A stretch of DNA of 64,000 bases from Octopus sinensis. Lineage: Eukaryota. The DNA lies in contig NC_043021.1 of NCBI RefSeq assembly GCF_006345805.1, forward strand, positions 13,020,001 to 13,084,000, in the 5' to 3' direction. A program made the translations under genes and the position numbers. Positions 1 through 11,714 of the stretch are shown here, piece after piece. How positions within the stretch are numbered: position 1 is the stretch's first letter; each line of letters opens with the position of its first letter. The notes beneath the pieces were generated by a model. It was not told the origin of the DNA. It saw nothing but the letters and a program-made list of their open reading frames with translations, and ran no database searches.

Positions 1-380
1 GCTAGATATCGCCTGTTTGAATATAAAACATGTAGAATATATTTGGCCGGTTTAAATACTAAAGGGTTAAACCCAATTCATGCTCACTGCTATTGGGGTG
101 AAGATGGCTATCTGCAAGTGTGAGTCAGAGTGGCTTTCCACCAAATCTCCCTTGCCATTCACTGGCACAATACCTCTTCCGTTTTCTCTGCTGGGACCAG
201 GGGGTGGTCTGAATCAAGAGAGCATAAGAATTTTGTAGTTCACTACACATACAATAACCTACTTCATTGTTGACTGATTCACTGAACTAGTCTATAATAA
301 GGATATGTAAATATTCACTCCTCCAGAAACTGTTTATTTTAGCCCTTCAGCATTTAATCCAACCCAAATATTCTTCCTGT

Positions 381-601
381 TTAACCCTTTAGCATTCAGA
401 TTATTCTGTCAAATATGATATTTATTCATCCATATTGTTTTAAGCTAATCATGCTTAATCATTTTGTAGCTTTAAGATTTCGATGATGTTATCACCTGTT
501 TTTTAGATTGACATTTTAGGTTGGTGTGAGATACCAAATCTGGGCAGTTTTAAGAGAAAACAGGTAGATTATTTGGGCCGGTTTAAACACTAAAGGGTTA
601 A
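381..601. mobile_element. piggyBac-like MITE family a (TTAA-CCCTTTAGCATT...CTAAAGGG-TTAA), nested in an oppositely oriented copy (~341-770)
   Basis: CCC/GGG termini flanked by TTAA. Further copies at about 1667-1869, 6006-6222, 42357-42584, 43331-43565, 45037-45264, 46350-46770 and 63576-63894. Confidence 0.8.
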
Positions 602-889
602 TGTTCAAACCAACCGGATCCAACCTCTCACACCTACCATACAATTTTCATTCTAAAATATACAAACACACCTTTGAAATCTGAAAGCTACAAAATGTGT
701 GATTAATTCAAAATTTTATGAATAAATAAGCAATATATTTGACAAAAAAATCAGAATGCTAAAGGGTTAAGAATGGTGATCGGTAGAACAACAGGGAATG
801 TAATGACTTGTTTTGCAGTATTCGTTGATGTTCTGGTGTTAGAAACTGTTATTACGATGCTTTTCATATTCTCCAACAGTTCATTCATT

Positions 890-1159
890 ATGGAAGGAAC
901 AGAGAAAAAGAAGCCTGAGACTAAAGCAGCAGTAGCAAAGAAGGCATCAACCAAGCGCCGGCCTCGTAATCCAGTCATATCTTCAAGTGGTTTGAGGAGG
1001 TTTTCTCGATCTCGGGTGTACAAGAGGAGGAGGATCTTCATCAAGAAGGAACAACCTAAGACAAAAGCAGCTAAGAAGGTCAAACCTGCAAAGTATGTCG
1101 TGAAGCCTATTGGTGGTGAGAAAAATGGTGAAACGAGGAAAGTCCGTGTTAAGCGATTG
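890..1159 (+). CDS. RPL6: 60S ribosomal protein L6 (eL6), coding exon 1
   Basis: Acceptor ctccaacag ends 879, ATG at 890. Encodes MEGTEKKK...PRNPVISSGLRRFSRSRVYKRR...VVKPIGGEKNGETRKVRVKRL, the eL6 N-terminal domain. Donor GTGAGT at 1160, phase 0. Confidence 0.95.
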
Positions 1160-1367
1160 GTGAGTCATTGTATTTTTCTGTTTCCTGTGAGATTGAGTGA
1201 CTACTGGGTTGCTTCAAACTAACATGACATTACTTTCTTTGTCTCTTGGCAAATTATGTTGCTATTTTAGGTCACGTTGGCTTTGGTATAGTTTATTAGT
1301 CATGTTAGTATGTTTAACCTTTTAGCATTTAAACTGGCCATATCCAGCTCAATTTTCTGTTCAAGCT

Positions 1368-1565
1368 GTGAAGGCGCCTGGCTCAGTGGTTAGAGTGCCG
1401 GGTTTGCAATCGTGAGGTAGTAAGTTTGATTTCCAGGCTGGACTGTGTTGTGTTCTTGAGCAAGACACTTTATTTCACTTTCCTCCAGTTCACTCAGCTG
1501 TAGAAATGAGTTGCAATGTCACAGGTGCCAAGCTGTATTGGCCTTTGGGTAACATCGGTAGCATG
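1368..1565 (+). mobile_element. tRNA-derived SINE with V-domain-like core (family D), partial
   Basis: A box tggctcagtggttag, B box-like gtttgatttcc, core gtgttcttgagcaagacactt. Related copies at 43567-43890, 44708-45040 and 48045-48730 (-). Confidence 0.7.
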
Positions 1566-1895
1566 GGAACTTTAAAGGTTCTTACATAATTCTGTTTTGT
1601 TTTTTTTCATTGACCCCTGACAAAAAGACTTCTTGCAAGCAGTGTCTGTGAGATGCTAAGGTATTTAACCCTTTAGCATTTGATTTGGCCAAAATATTCT
1701 GTTTTATGTCCAAACTGACCAGATCTGGCCTCACACCTACCCTATAATATCATTCTAAAAATGAACAGTTACCTGTCAAATTCTCAGTTACAAGATGATG
1801 CATGATTAATTCAAAGCAATGGGAATAAATAATTGCTTTTGACAATAATCTGAATGCTAAAGGCTTTAAATTCTTTATTGGAAGAACCACTAAAT

Positions 1896-2032
1896 TATTC
1901 TGTGTCTGGGGAGAGTCATTTTCTTTTTGTGCCTTATAATTTAACACACTCACTGGTAAAATTTCCACTTATTCCTTATTTATTTTCCTAAAATTTTCGT
2001 TGCGTCTTGCAACCTTTTCAATAGTCTTGACT
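1896..2032 (-). mobile_element. Short repeat family P3 (Penelope-like pLTR fragment with hammerhead-like motif)
   Basis: Near-identical to 25737-25872; partly matches 23226-23372. Confidence 0.6.
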
Positions 2033-2551
2033 TTGTCCGTTATTCACACTGCATTCCTTTTTGTTTGTTTGTGGATCAGCACAATGTTTACAAAATGTTC
2101 CTAACATGGGAAAAGAAATCTGTTTCTTGTACCTGTGTGGTCAGTAGCAAATTTCCATTCTGCTGTTCTTTGTTTCTTTGGACAGTCTGTTTCCCTGACT
2201 ACTGACTTGATTTCAGTGTCTCAGAACTGAAACGAGATATATTTTGTGTAGTGGGAGCTGGATCGTAATCTTCTCCACTTTGTCATATGTAGAAATATTG
2301 ACCCACAACTTCAGGGTTTAAATTTATGCTCCATCCTTTTGTCAGTAACATTGGTAGATTGGCAAGTTACAGCAATTTAGCTGACATTTTACTCAACTTG
2401 TGGTAATGGAACTAAAATTACGGTACCTTGATCGTAGTTTTGATTAGTTGCTTGGTTGTCAACCTTTCTGTAAAATTTTAAAGAATAAATAAATGGTAGG
2501 TGCTGTAGAAGTAACATTGACCTTTATACAGTATGAAATTTTTTCTTCCAG

Positions 2552-2692
2552 CCTCGCCATATTCCAACACAAGAAGGTAGAAAAAGACAGTCGAAACACA
2601 GGAAGCCATTCTCTAAGCATAAGCGTAATCTGCGCAAATCTATTGTTCCTGGAACAGTGCTTATTCTGTTAGCAGGAAGGCATAAGGGAAAG
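2552..2692 (+). CDS. RPL6: RPL6 coding exon 2
   Basis: ttccag acceptor; [47 protein letters not shown] (KOW motif start); GTATGT donor. Confidence 0.96.
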
Positions 2693-4565
2693 GTATGTGT
2701 ATTTCTTCAGTTTTGTGGATGTTAACTAATGTCCATCTGTCTTTTCTTTTCTCTCTCTCTCACTCTTTCCTAATTAGTTGCTGTTTAAATTTATGTGCAA
2801 TAAACTGGTTATATTTCAAATACACAGAATATTTTAACATTTTTTAAATATACAATCCTAATAATATTTAATGTTTAATCATGAAAAATGTATAATAGGA
2901 ATTTTTAAACATCAAATGACCACGAGGGTCCCACCTCCTTGAGTAAAACGGGAGTCGTTCAATATAATCGGTTGGCTTGGGATTGTTAATGCTAAGAAAC
3001 TAACTTAAATCTTCCTGGTCTTGTGCCGGGATTTGCATTTAGCACATTTGTTGCTGTTAATTTTTGTGCCAAAGGTTTAAGATTGTCATGAATTGAAAAA
3101 TTATATAGGACTGAGTGATCTCTTTAACGATATGCCCTAACAGTTTTTTTTTCTCTTGGTGAAACGCTATGCCCTAACAGTTTTTTTTTCTCTTGGTGAG
3201 GAATTACTTTCTGTACAGAATTTAAAATGGTTAATAGTGGAAGAAGCTTGTGGATGGATACATGTTGAATATTAAAGATTAATTTTTACTAACCAACATA
3301 TTGTGATGTTTGGAGCACAAAGAAAGGGCCCATAATCAATTCTGTTGCATAACTTTTGTCTCAAAGTGACCCTAATTACAAGTAAATTCAACAAAATATA
3401 AAAATAAATTTTGTTTAAGCATCACCATAGAAAATGTCAGCTAATATTCAATTTTAATATAGAACTGTGCATATCACTAGATTATTAATTGCATTTAAGG
3501 CACATAAGAACAGGTAAAATAAAAGTGAAATAAACTCACATGCATACATGAATACACAGCCCTAGTCAAACCATCCAGCCCATGCCAGCATGGACAACAG
3601 ACATTAAATGATGATATGTAATAAAGATTTACAAAAGAAATTAAATCAAAACTTGTCACTCACCTGACAGGTAAATAAAAAGTGAAAACGAAGTAAATTT
3701 GAAAAATATTTATAAGATCAAATCATACATATATACACTATTCCCACTATTTCTGTGCTGGTAACTTGTAAAACATCCCACTCTACATAATGCAACCTTG
3801 CAGAATGAACATTGGAAAGCAGTTTTAATTTTGTTTTTTCTATATCCAATGGCAGCCCTTTTCTACTAGCAATAACTGTAGCACACGTATATGTTATCAC
3901 AGCTTCTAAATCCACTGCAAGTTTAACCAAACTAAAAAAAAATTTATCAAAAAATAATATATGGCTGTGGTTACAGTATGGAAGCGATAAATTCCAGACC
4001 ACATCGTACCAGAGGCCATGCTGACTTACCTAGTTGTCCCTTTTCCCTCTATAAAAACTAAAACCACAACAGTACCCTGTATTTGCTTTGCAAATCTTCC
4101 AAACTTTGATCCCCCACTTTGTGGGTTTTCCTGGCATGTATTGTCGGAAATGTAGTCTGCCTTTATACCTCACTATGTTCTCATCAATGGATAAAGGTAT
4201 ATACCAGGGTTGTAAAGTGTTTTATATGCAAATGCAGTTATTGAAGGGTCTTATTTTAAAAAAAGGGAGCTAAGTTTGGTTCTCCTTGTACTGGGGTACT
4301 ACTAGTGTCTCACACGTAAATAGTTTTACAAATCCTGTCTTGATGCTGGAAATGTATTGGACTCCAAAAGGTGCATTACTCCACTTCAATTTCTTTCAAA
4401 AATTGAAATAAAAAGGGAGTATTCTATTTACTTATATTATTGAAGACAGAATGGGTTTGTTAGGAAACGTCCCTTATTTTTGTTTTCATTTAAATGTATT
4501 GTTTCTTCAGTACTGATGATAACAAGAATTGTGAAAACTCTATGATAATTCTTTCTTTCCTCTAG

Positions 4566-4614
4566 CGTGTTGTATTCCTGAAGCAGCTTAGCAGTGGTCT
4601 GCTCCTTGTGACAG
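4566..4614 (+). CDS. RPL6: RPL6 coding exon 3
   Basis: ctctag acceptor; RVVFLKQLSSGLLLVT(G); GTAAGG donor, phase 1. Confidence 0.96.
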
Positions 4615-5155
4615 GTAAGGGCTTTTATAGTATTTCTACCATTTTGGCCTTTCTTTTACCATGATATTCCTGCTGTTGTCTCCTGTTTATTTCTATATTA
4701 GGGTAGTGTTCAGAGCACAGCAAGGAGGTTACTCAAATAAATTTACAAAATTTTCATTTTAGAGTTACTCTAATTACATGAATTAAGTAAAATATACAAT
4801 TTGCCATCCTTTAAAATACCATTTTCAATATTTGGGATAAATAATAATAGTCGACAGTTGTGTGCGTATAAAACTGCATGTGTGTGCAAAGAGGCAACAA
4901 GAGAGCACGAAATATTATTGGAGTTTGGGAAAGATATCCTAGTGAAGGATAGCAACAGAATTTTCTCATGTTATATCAAAGATAAGGTGCATTCTAAGGA
5001 TACATTGTGTATATATACACACACACAGGGAATTGTATTTGTGCCCATATCCATTAGCATCCCTCCCTTGTTTGCAATCAGAATGCCATATGTTTGTTGA
5101 GAGGCGTTCTTTGTGCAACATGTAGTTGAATGTTGTCTTGCAAGAGAATTGGCCT

Positions 5156-5592
5156 GTCTATAAGGGATTGAAACATCAAACCTTGCTGCTAACTCACATG
5201 TAGTTTGAGATGTGTCCACTTCCACTACAGTTTCCAACTCATCATTATCCACCTTGGTCTCGGGTCTACCACGGGGCTGATTTTCAAGAGTAAAGTCACC
5301 AGGCCGGAACTTCTCAGACCATTAACGTACAGTGAGCTCATTTGCCACATCTTCGTCAAATACCTCATTGCTGTTTGGGATGCATTGGTTCCATGACAGA
5401 ACTATTTATAAACAATACGAATTTTTGATCTATCCATGGAATCACAAAAATTGATTTACAAAAGAAAACTCACAATGTAATCAAATACCATGAATTTTAT
5501 AGCGTAAAGTGATGTAACTCTTCAATGCTGTAAAGGAAAGAATTGCCAGGATAGGGGCATAAAGTCTGACATTTCATTCAGAATGACCTGAT
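5156..5592 (-). mobile_element. Decayed mariner transposon fragment
   Basis: Minus-strand translation DNDELETVVEVDTSQTTCELAARFDVS resembles the mariner transposase second HTH. A TA-flanked terminus-like sequence lies near 5590. Confidence 0.65.
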
Positions 5593-5798
5593 AATGTAAA
5601 TGTTCAATTTCCTTCTCTTAAGTTGAGCTCCCGTTAACAAATATAATTCTTTGATCTGTCAATCCTCTGAACTCTCATGTCTATAAATTCTTAGCAAGTG
5701 AAACCTCATTATCAATTTATTTTCCCCAGTCCTTGTGTATACATGTCTCTCTGTGTTTTTTTTTGTGTACTTAATCTTTGCCGATGCGATTGTTTCAG

Positions 5799-5983
5799 GT
5801 CCATTTGCAATGAACGGCTGCCCGCTGCGTCGTGTCAACCAGATCTATGCCATTGCCACCACAGCTAGAGCTAACGTGAGCAAGGTCAAGATACCACCCA
5901 GGATAAATGATAACTATTTCAAGAGGAAGGCCAAGAAGACTAACAAACACAAAGAAGTGGAATTGTTTGAAACAGAGAAGAAG
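5799..5983 (+). CDS. RPL6: RPL6 coding exon 4
   Basis: tttcag acceptor; (G)PFAMNGCPLRRVNQIYAIATT...INDNYFKRK...FETEKK; GTAAAT donor. Confidence 0.96.
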
Positions 5984-6748
5984 GTAAATTCACTTTTGGA
6001 TCTTGTTAACCCTTTAGTGTTCAGAGTAATCTGTCAAGTGTAATGTTAGTTTATATTTTGAATTAATCTTTAGATTATCTTGTTAAGTGATTTTGCTACC
6101 GTGATTGTTTAGTGTTAGAATGACATTTTAGGGTTCAGGTGGGAGCCCAGATCTGGCCAGTTTCAACATAAAACAGGTCAAATGTTTTGGCTGGAGATGG
6201 GTGCTTTGAATGCTAATGGGTGAAGACAATTTACTAAACCATGGGTGGTCTTGAGTATATTTTTTTATCCTTTTTGCCTGTTTCAGTCATGTCACAGTGC
6301 AATGTATATTGCCTTAAAAAATTCAATCCCGTTTTTTTTTTTTTTTTTTTTTAATGCTACTTATTTTATCAGTCTCTTTTCTTGGACTGCTATGTTATTG
6401 GAGACACATATGCACACATGTATATGATAGGCTTCCACTCGGTTTCCATCTATTGATTTCACTCAGACACAACTAGACTGCTTCATCAAATTCATTTCAA
6501 TAATTAGCATAAGTGGTTGGGAACAGAAACAATTATTTGTTTTCTATTTACTATTCAAAATGAGATTTTTAATGTCAGTGTACTTGCTTGAGAAAAGGCT
6601 TCATGAGGTGGTGTTTGTAATATCAAGCTGGTTACCTACTTTGCTGTGGTAATATTATAACCAATAAATGTGAAGACATTTCTTAACAGTAAGTGTTAGG
6701 TGCTTCTGCTCAGCTGAAGTGTAAGCTGGATTGCCATAAAATGCTGAC

Positions 6749-6977
6749 TTAAGCCTTCCGTTACCAACCCGGCTGAAACCACCTCTGGTTTCTGTGTACA
6801 AATGTCTTGTTTTCATAGGTTTTGAATTAAAATCTTCCACCAAACCTTAGTCACAATTTATGTTCCTAAAACTGGCTGAATGATAACTAAGTTATTTTAC
6901 TAAATTCTTTGTTATATTTAAAATAATGGAAAGAAACACAGCACATCTCAAAATAAATACAGTAACGAAAGGGTTAA
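6749..6977. mobile_element. piggyBac-like MITE family b
   Basis: TTAA-(C)CCTTYYGTTAC...GTAACGAAAGGG-TTAA termini. Copies at 29186-29407, 37010-37628 and 63891-64000 (truncated by window). Confidence 0.75.
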
Positions 6978-7328
6978 CATTTTTACTATGCTAAACCTTG
7001 AGGACAGCTTAATGTTATATGTTTCTTTGATGACAGTGGAGATGTAAAGGATATTAGGTGACCATCCACATTGTAGTAACAGTCATAGTGTAAGGAGGTA
7101 CAACTTTTTTTTTCCCCCTAAAACTCCTATTAATGGTTTGTGGTATAGTGTAGGTATTAATTTTAATTTCTGCAGAGACCAGTCTATTTCATGTTTCCAT
7201 TATCAAGTAAGGAGTTATTTTGCATGTTGTGTGTCTGTCTGTCTGTCTGTCTATCTCACAGATTGTCATTGTACAAAAGTGTGGCAACGGTGGACGTTCT
7301 TCTAAATGTTTTATTGTTTTGATTTCAG

Positions 7329-7490
7329 GAGTATACCCTGACAAAAGAACGTAAAGAGGACCAGTTGGAGGTGGATAAGCAGGTTATTGATTCTATCAAG
7401 AGGCATAAGGAGAGGAAACAACTGAAGGGATACTTACAGTCAATGTTTGCTTTGAAAAATAAGATGTACCCCCACAAGATGTTATTCTAA
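7329..7490 (+). CDS. RPL6: RPL6 last coding exon
   Basis: tttcag acceptor; EYTLTKERKEDQLEVDKQVIDSIK...GYLQSMFALKNKMYPHKMLF-stop, the canonical eL6 C-terminus. Joined CDS is 268 aa. Confidence 0.96.
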   Translation, partial: EYTLTKERKEDQLEVDKQVIDSIKRHKERKQLKGYLQSMFALKNKMYPHKMLF

Positions 7491-7514
7491 ACAGTGTACA
7501 AGTTGTTCTTTGGG

Positions 7515-7520
7515 AATAAA
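7515..7520 (+). terminator. Polyadenylation signal of RPL6
   Basis: AATAAA 25 nt after the stop, followed by a GT/T-rich downstream element. Confidence 0.8.
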
Positions 7521-7992
7521 TCTGTACAGGTCATACGGGGTCTTTGGCTGTTTTTTTTTTATTATTTGTTTGAAGAAGTGTGAGGTTTTGTCAGTTTGAG
7601 TCTTGTGACTCTTAGACGTGGTCCTGAAGCAGCAATTAGTTGTGGGAGTGGAAATGGTAAGAATTGATCTTTTTATTTGATGTCCTTCTGTCGTCTTGCT
7701 GGTTTAGCTATTCATCTATTAAATCTTATCTTTTTATGTTTAACTTGTTTCAGTCATTAGACAGGCCATGCTGGGGCACCGCTTTAGATTTTTAGTCGAA
7801 CTAATCAACCCAAGCACACGTTATGGGGATGTAAACACACCGAATCTGGTTTGTAAGCAGTAGTTGGGGACAAGTATACACACACTCACATATATATATA
7901 CATACACACGTGCGCATATATAATGTATATTATATCTTTTACTTGTTTCAGTCATTGCACTGTGGCCGTGCTAGAGCTGGAGCATGTTTATT

Positions 7993-8031
<39 letters not shown>

Positions 8032-10530
8032 CACGCACACACTCTCAACAAAGGGACTGTTGTGAAGAAGGGGTCCCGAGGCATTCTTGAAATAGCAACC
8101 AAATCACCCTCAAATCTTACATCAATAACCAATAATTCCTTGGGCTGACCAAAGCCTTGTGAGTGGATTTGGTAGTAGGTGGCAACTGAAAAGCCCATAA
8201 TATATGTATGTGTCAGTCCCTGTCTTCCCTTGACAACTGGTGCTGGTGTTTACATCCCTGTACCAAGTACTAGACTTACAAAGAATAAGTCCTGGGGTCG
8301 ATTTGCTTGACTAAAGGCAGCGCTCCAGTATGACCACAGTTACATGACAAACAAGTAAAAGAATAAACTAAATTTCCACAGTAAAGCAGTTGCTACTTCG
8401 TTGGCTAGATTGGTAGGAAGGTTTGTTGAAGTTAAATGGTGGTTTTGGGTTTCAATTCCTACCAAAGTTTAAACATTTTTTTATTAACTAAAGTTGTTTA
8501 TAATTGTGGACAAGTGGCTAGAGATGGTCACAACTGGAGTGTCTAAAAGTAGCAGCCAAATTTCCCTCAAAAAAGATTGTGAAAAAGGGTTGCAAGGCAA
8601 CCTTAACGGAGTAACCAAAAAAGTAAATTTAAATATCTTAATTTTCTCATTAAGATTGTTACTGCTTCAGTGGCCCAGTAGGTAAGGGTGTTTAGAAGTA
8701 GTAATGTAATACAGGAGTGGAAGTTTCAAATCTCTGCCAAGGAACTTTTTTTTTTTTTTCTTTTAAATCTTTTGATAAAACAAAAAAAAAAAATCTTTCT
8801 TGCAGGACTTCCTTGAGATTGAACCCTGACCAGGATGTTCAATGTTGTCTGCATAGGCTTCTACCCACGAGTCCACTGGGACCCCCCAATAGTATTAGTT
8901 AAAAATGAGATATTTAAATCTATATCAGCTGAAGATAAATAATCAAATCAACAGACCTGTTTGGATGCCTTTGTGGAATAAGGGTAGTCAGTGGACGTAG
9001 GGATCTAATGCACAGAGGGAGGGTTTGCAGTCGAAGGGAGTTAGATATTTTAATTTTCTTTATTTTTACCTATCTCCATAGGGAATAAAAAAAACTTCAG
9101 ATTTTTATCAAGGCACTGAATGGAACACCTGTGAAGGATTGAATCTTGCTCAGGATCTGTAATATTGCATGTGAAGGTACATACAAGACAACACTAATAC
9201 TGAGATCTGTACCTCCAGTCAGCTTCATGCAAGTTTGTGCCTGTGGCTTCCCTGGTCACCATTCTTGATCAGGCATCAGAAAGACCCTCATAAATGAGAG
9301 TATATGTGTAAACAAATCACTGAAAGGCTCCAGGATGGTGAGTCATCAAAAAACAGATTTGATTTTTGAAATCTATGTTCTAACACCAAAGTAGTCAGTT
9401 ATAGTTAATCAGAAAATTTAATTTGGCATGAGAAATAAACTTTTAGATGTGGAACAAAATCATAATTAACTGATCCTCCTGTATTTTCTTTTAAACAAAA
9501 CCCAAGAATTTTTCAGCACACCCTCATATGTATGTGTGCACGTATATATATATATCTTTGTAAGACCCCTCGTAATTCTGTACCATGTTTTCCGTTCCTT
9601 TTTCTTGTGTTTGTTGCTATACACATCCGCTAGCTTTCTTACAAAGGAGTCTAATGCTCTTAGCTTAGACATCTTTGGGGGCAAACAGATTGAACCATCT
9701 CAAGTGTAATTGTTTGAAATGGTCATGACTTCTAGTACTTAACTGTAGAAAGAAAGCCAAGAATGACCTGTCCTAATTGTTGTTTCTCTCGTCTGCCTTA
9801 AGTGTTGTCTATCTGTCCGAACGTTTTAATGCCTCTATTGCATTTTTTATCCATTTTTCTATTCGTATATATATATATATATATACACACACATGTATAT
9901 ACCTGGCTGTTTATATTAATTTTTAGTATATGCATTAGTATTTCGCTAAATCTATAAATTTCTGTGGTAAATATATTATATGCTGGCAAACGGAATTAGC
10001 TGATCATCAGCTGTCTGTGCAGTCACCAGTCTAGGTGCAATCCTTTGATCGTTCATGATCTTTACCCTTTTACATTATCCTATGTATCAGTGAAGGTGCA
10101 TTGATCAGTGATTAGTGATGGGCTCAGTTATGAAGTTTGATGGTTTATAGAAATATTAGAAAATCCCAGTACTTAACTGTTTTTCATACAAACCAATGAG
10201 GGAGCCTCTAAGTAGTCTTAGTCTTCTATTATAGTTCCATTTACATCTGGGATGTTTTACAGGAATATTAAATCAATCCCAGATGAGGCTATGTTGTAAG
10301 AAGTTTGCTTCCCAACCACATGGTTTTGGGTTCAGTTCCACTGCATGGCACCTTGGGCAACTTTTTTTTTTTTTTTTTTGCTATAGCCTTGGACTGACCA
10401 GAGCCCTGTAAATGGAAACTGCAAAAAGTTCGTTATACCGGGGTTGATTCATTTGACTTAAAGTAAATTGTTCAAAGTGGTGCCCCAGCATGGCTGTAGT
10501 CTAATGACTGAATCAAGTAAAAGATAACAG

Positions 10531-11714
10531 TTACTTTGCTGGCCATTCATTGATGTCTTCAAATAAAAAAGAAGGCAATGAGCAGTCATTGAGATTGGAC
10601 CATTGCAAAGAAGGAAATACGTCTGATATTGGAGTCAATTCACTGTCTTCTATCAATAAAACTTTAACAACTTCTTTTTGGTAAATAACATTATGGCTTT
10701 TGCTGTTTTCTCTGGAAGAATAAGAATGCTCTTGGCCAATGCTCAGGAGGGTCGAATTAATCCTGGAGCAGTTCTTATGCCGCAGTGTATTGCTGTAGTT
10801 AGCAGTGATCTTCCAGTTGTTGGACATCTCTATGTTGCTGTCATCATGTAGAGTCTCAACTATTGGTGTTTGAGTAAATATTGTATTCTGGGGTTGGCTA
10901 AATTCTTTTGGTGCTGAGGAACTTGTTAAAGGATTGTTTTTCTGATTCTCCTCTGACACGAGTTTCTTTGCGGTACTTTTATTCTGTTGACTGCTAAGAT
11001 TGCTCTTACCTGGGACTGAAGTCTGTTGCCGTGCCAAGAACGGTGGAATTGTCATTTGAGGGAAGTCTTCACTGGAAGCTACAGACAAAGGTGGCAAAGA
11101 GTTCTTTGAATTTGGAGCTATAAATGAAGAATTATGTTTGTTTGGATTTGACTTGTTCAATTGATTCATTGGTAGATTAACAATATTCTTAAAGACTTTG
11201 GCAACTTGGTTTGGCGCCTTATCTTGGAGATTTAGCTGCAAATGCTGCCCTTCTATGGAATGCTGATTCATAACATTTCTGTTAACATTCTCTATTGGCA
11301 GTTTATTGTCTTTAATTTCATCTCTGTTTTCTGTTGTAATCTTAACATGTTTCGAAGTTATACTCATAGAATAAACTGTACTGGCTTTATCAGACTGGTT
11401 GTCATCAACATCTACAAGTGTGTCATTTGCTGGAGGCTCTATAGTTTTAGAAGACACTGTTTCAGCAGTTTTTGGCCGCTGTGATAAAGGAAGATTCAGT
11501 TTTTCCTTAGCAATTCGACAAAATACATTGTGTGAGTCAAAGAGGGACTTCAATGTTCTCTGCCGAATTTTAAGTGTGTGGATTTTGCTAAGGAGAATGG
11601 CTTTTGATTGTGCAGTGTGGTTCATTTGCAAGCCCTGTTGTTTCAACAATTCACAAGTGATTGAATTTGTTCTTTTAATAACTGACAATTTCTCTTGTGA
11701 TTCTAGTAGAAGGT
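10531..11714 (-). CDS. Uncharacterised ~734-aa protein, last coding exon (helical segment, then S/N/Q/P-rich disordered tail)
   Basis: Long open frame (415-aa ORF in track). Acceptor ctttctctag just before 11714, phase 1, joins the upstream exon in frame. Ends ...LPSFLFEDINEWPAK-stop. Confidence 0.8.

Noticed and set aside
172-190. Pyrimidine tract as RPL6 5' TOP start
   Set aside because: No convincing nearby splice donor or promoter context; the first non-coding exon probably lies upstream of the window.
751-1083. 110-aa antisense ORF over RPL6
   Set aside because: Shadow of the lysine-rich sense exon with no independent support.
3130-3200. Duplicated tatgCCCTAACagtttttttttctc as a telomerase RNA template
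   Set aside because: Only 7 nt of template-like sequence with no pseudoknot support; explained as a simple ~37-bp tandem duplication.
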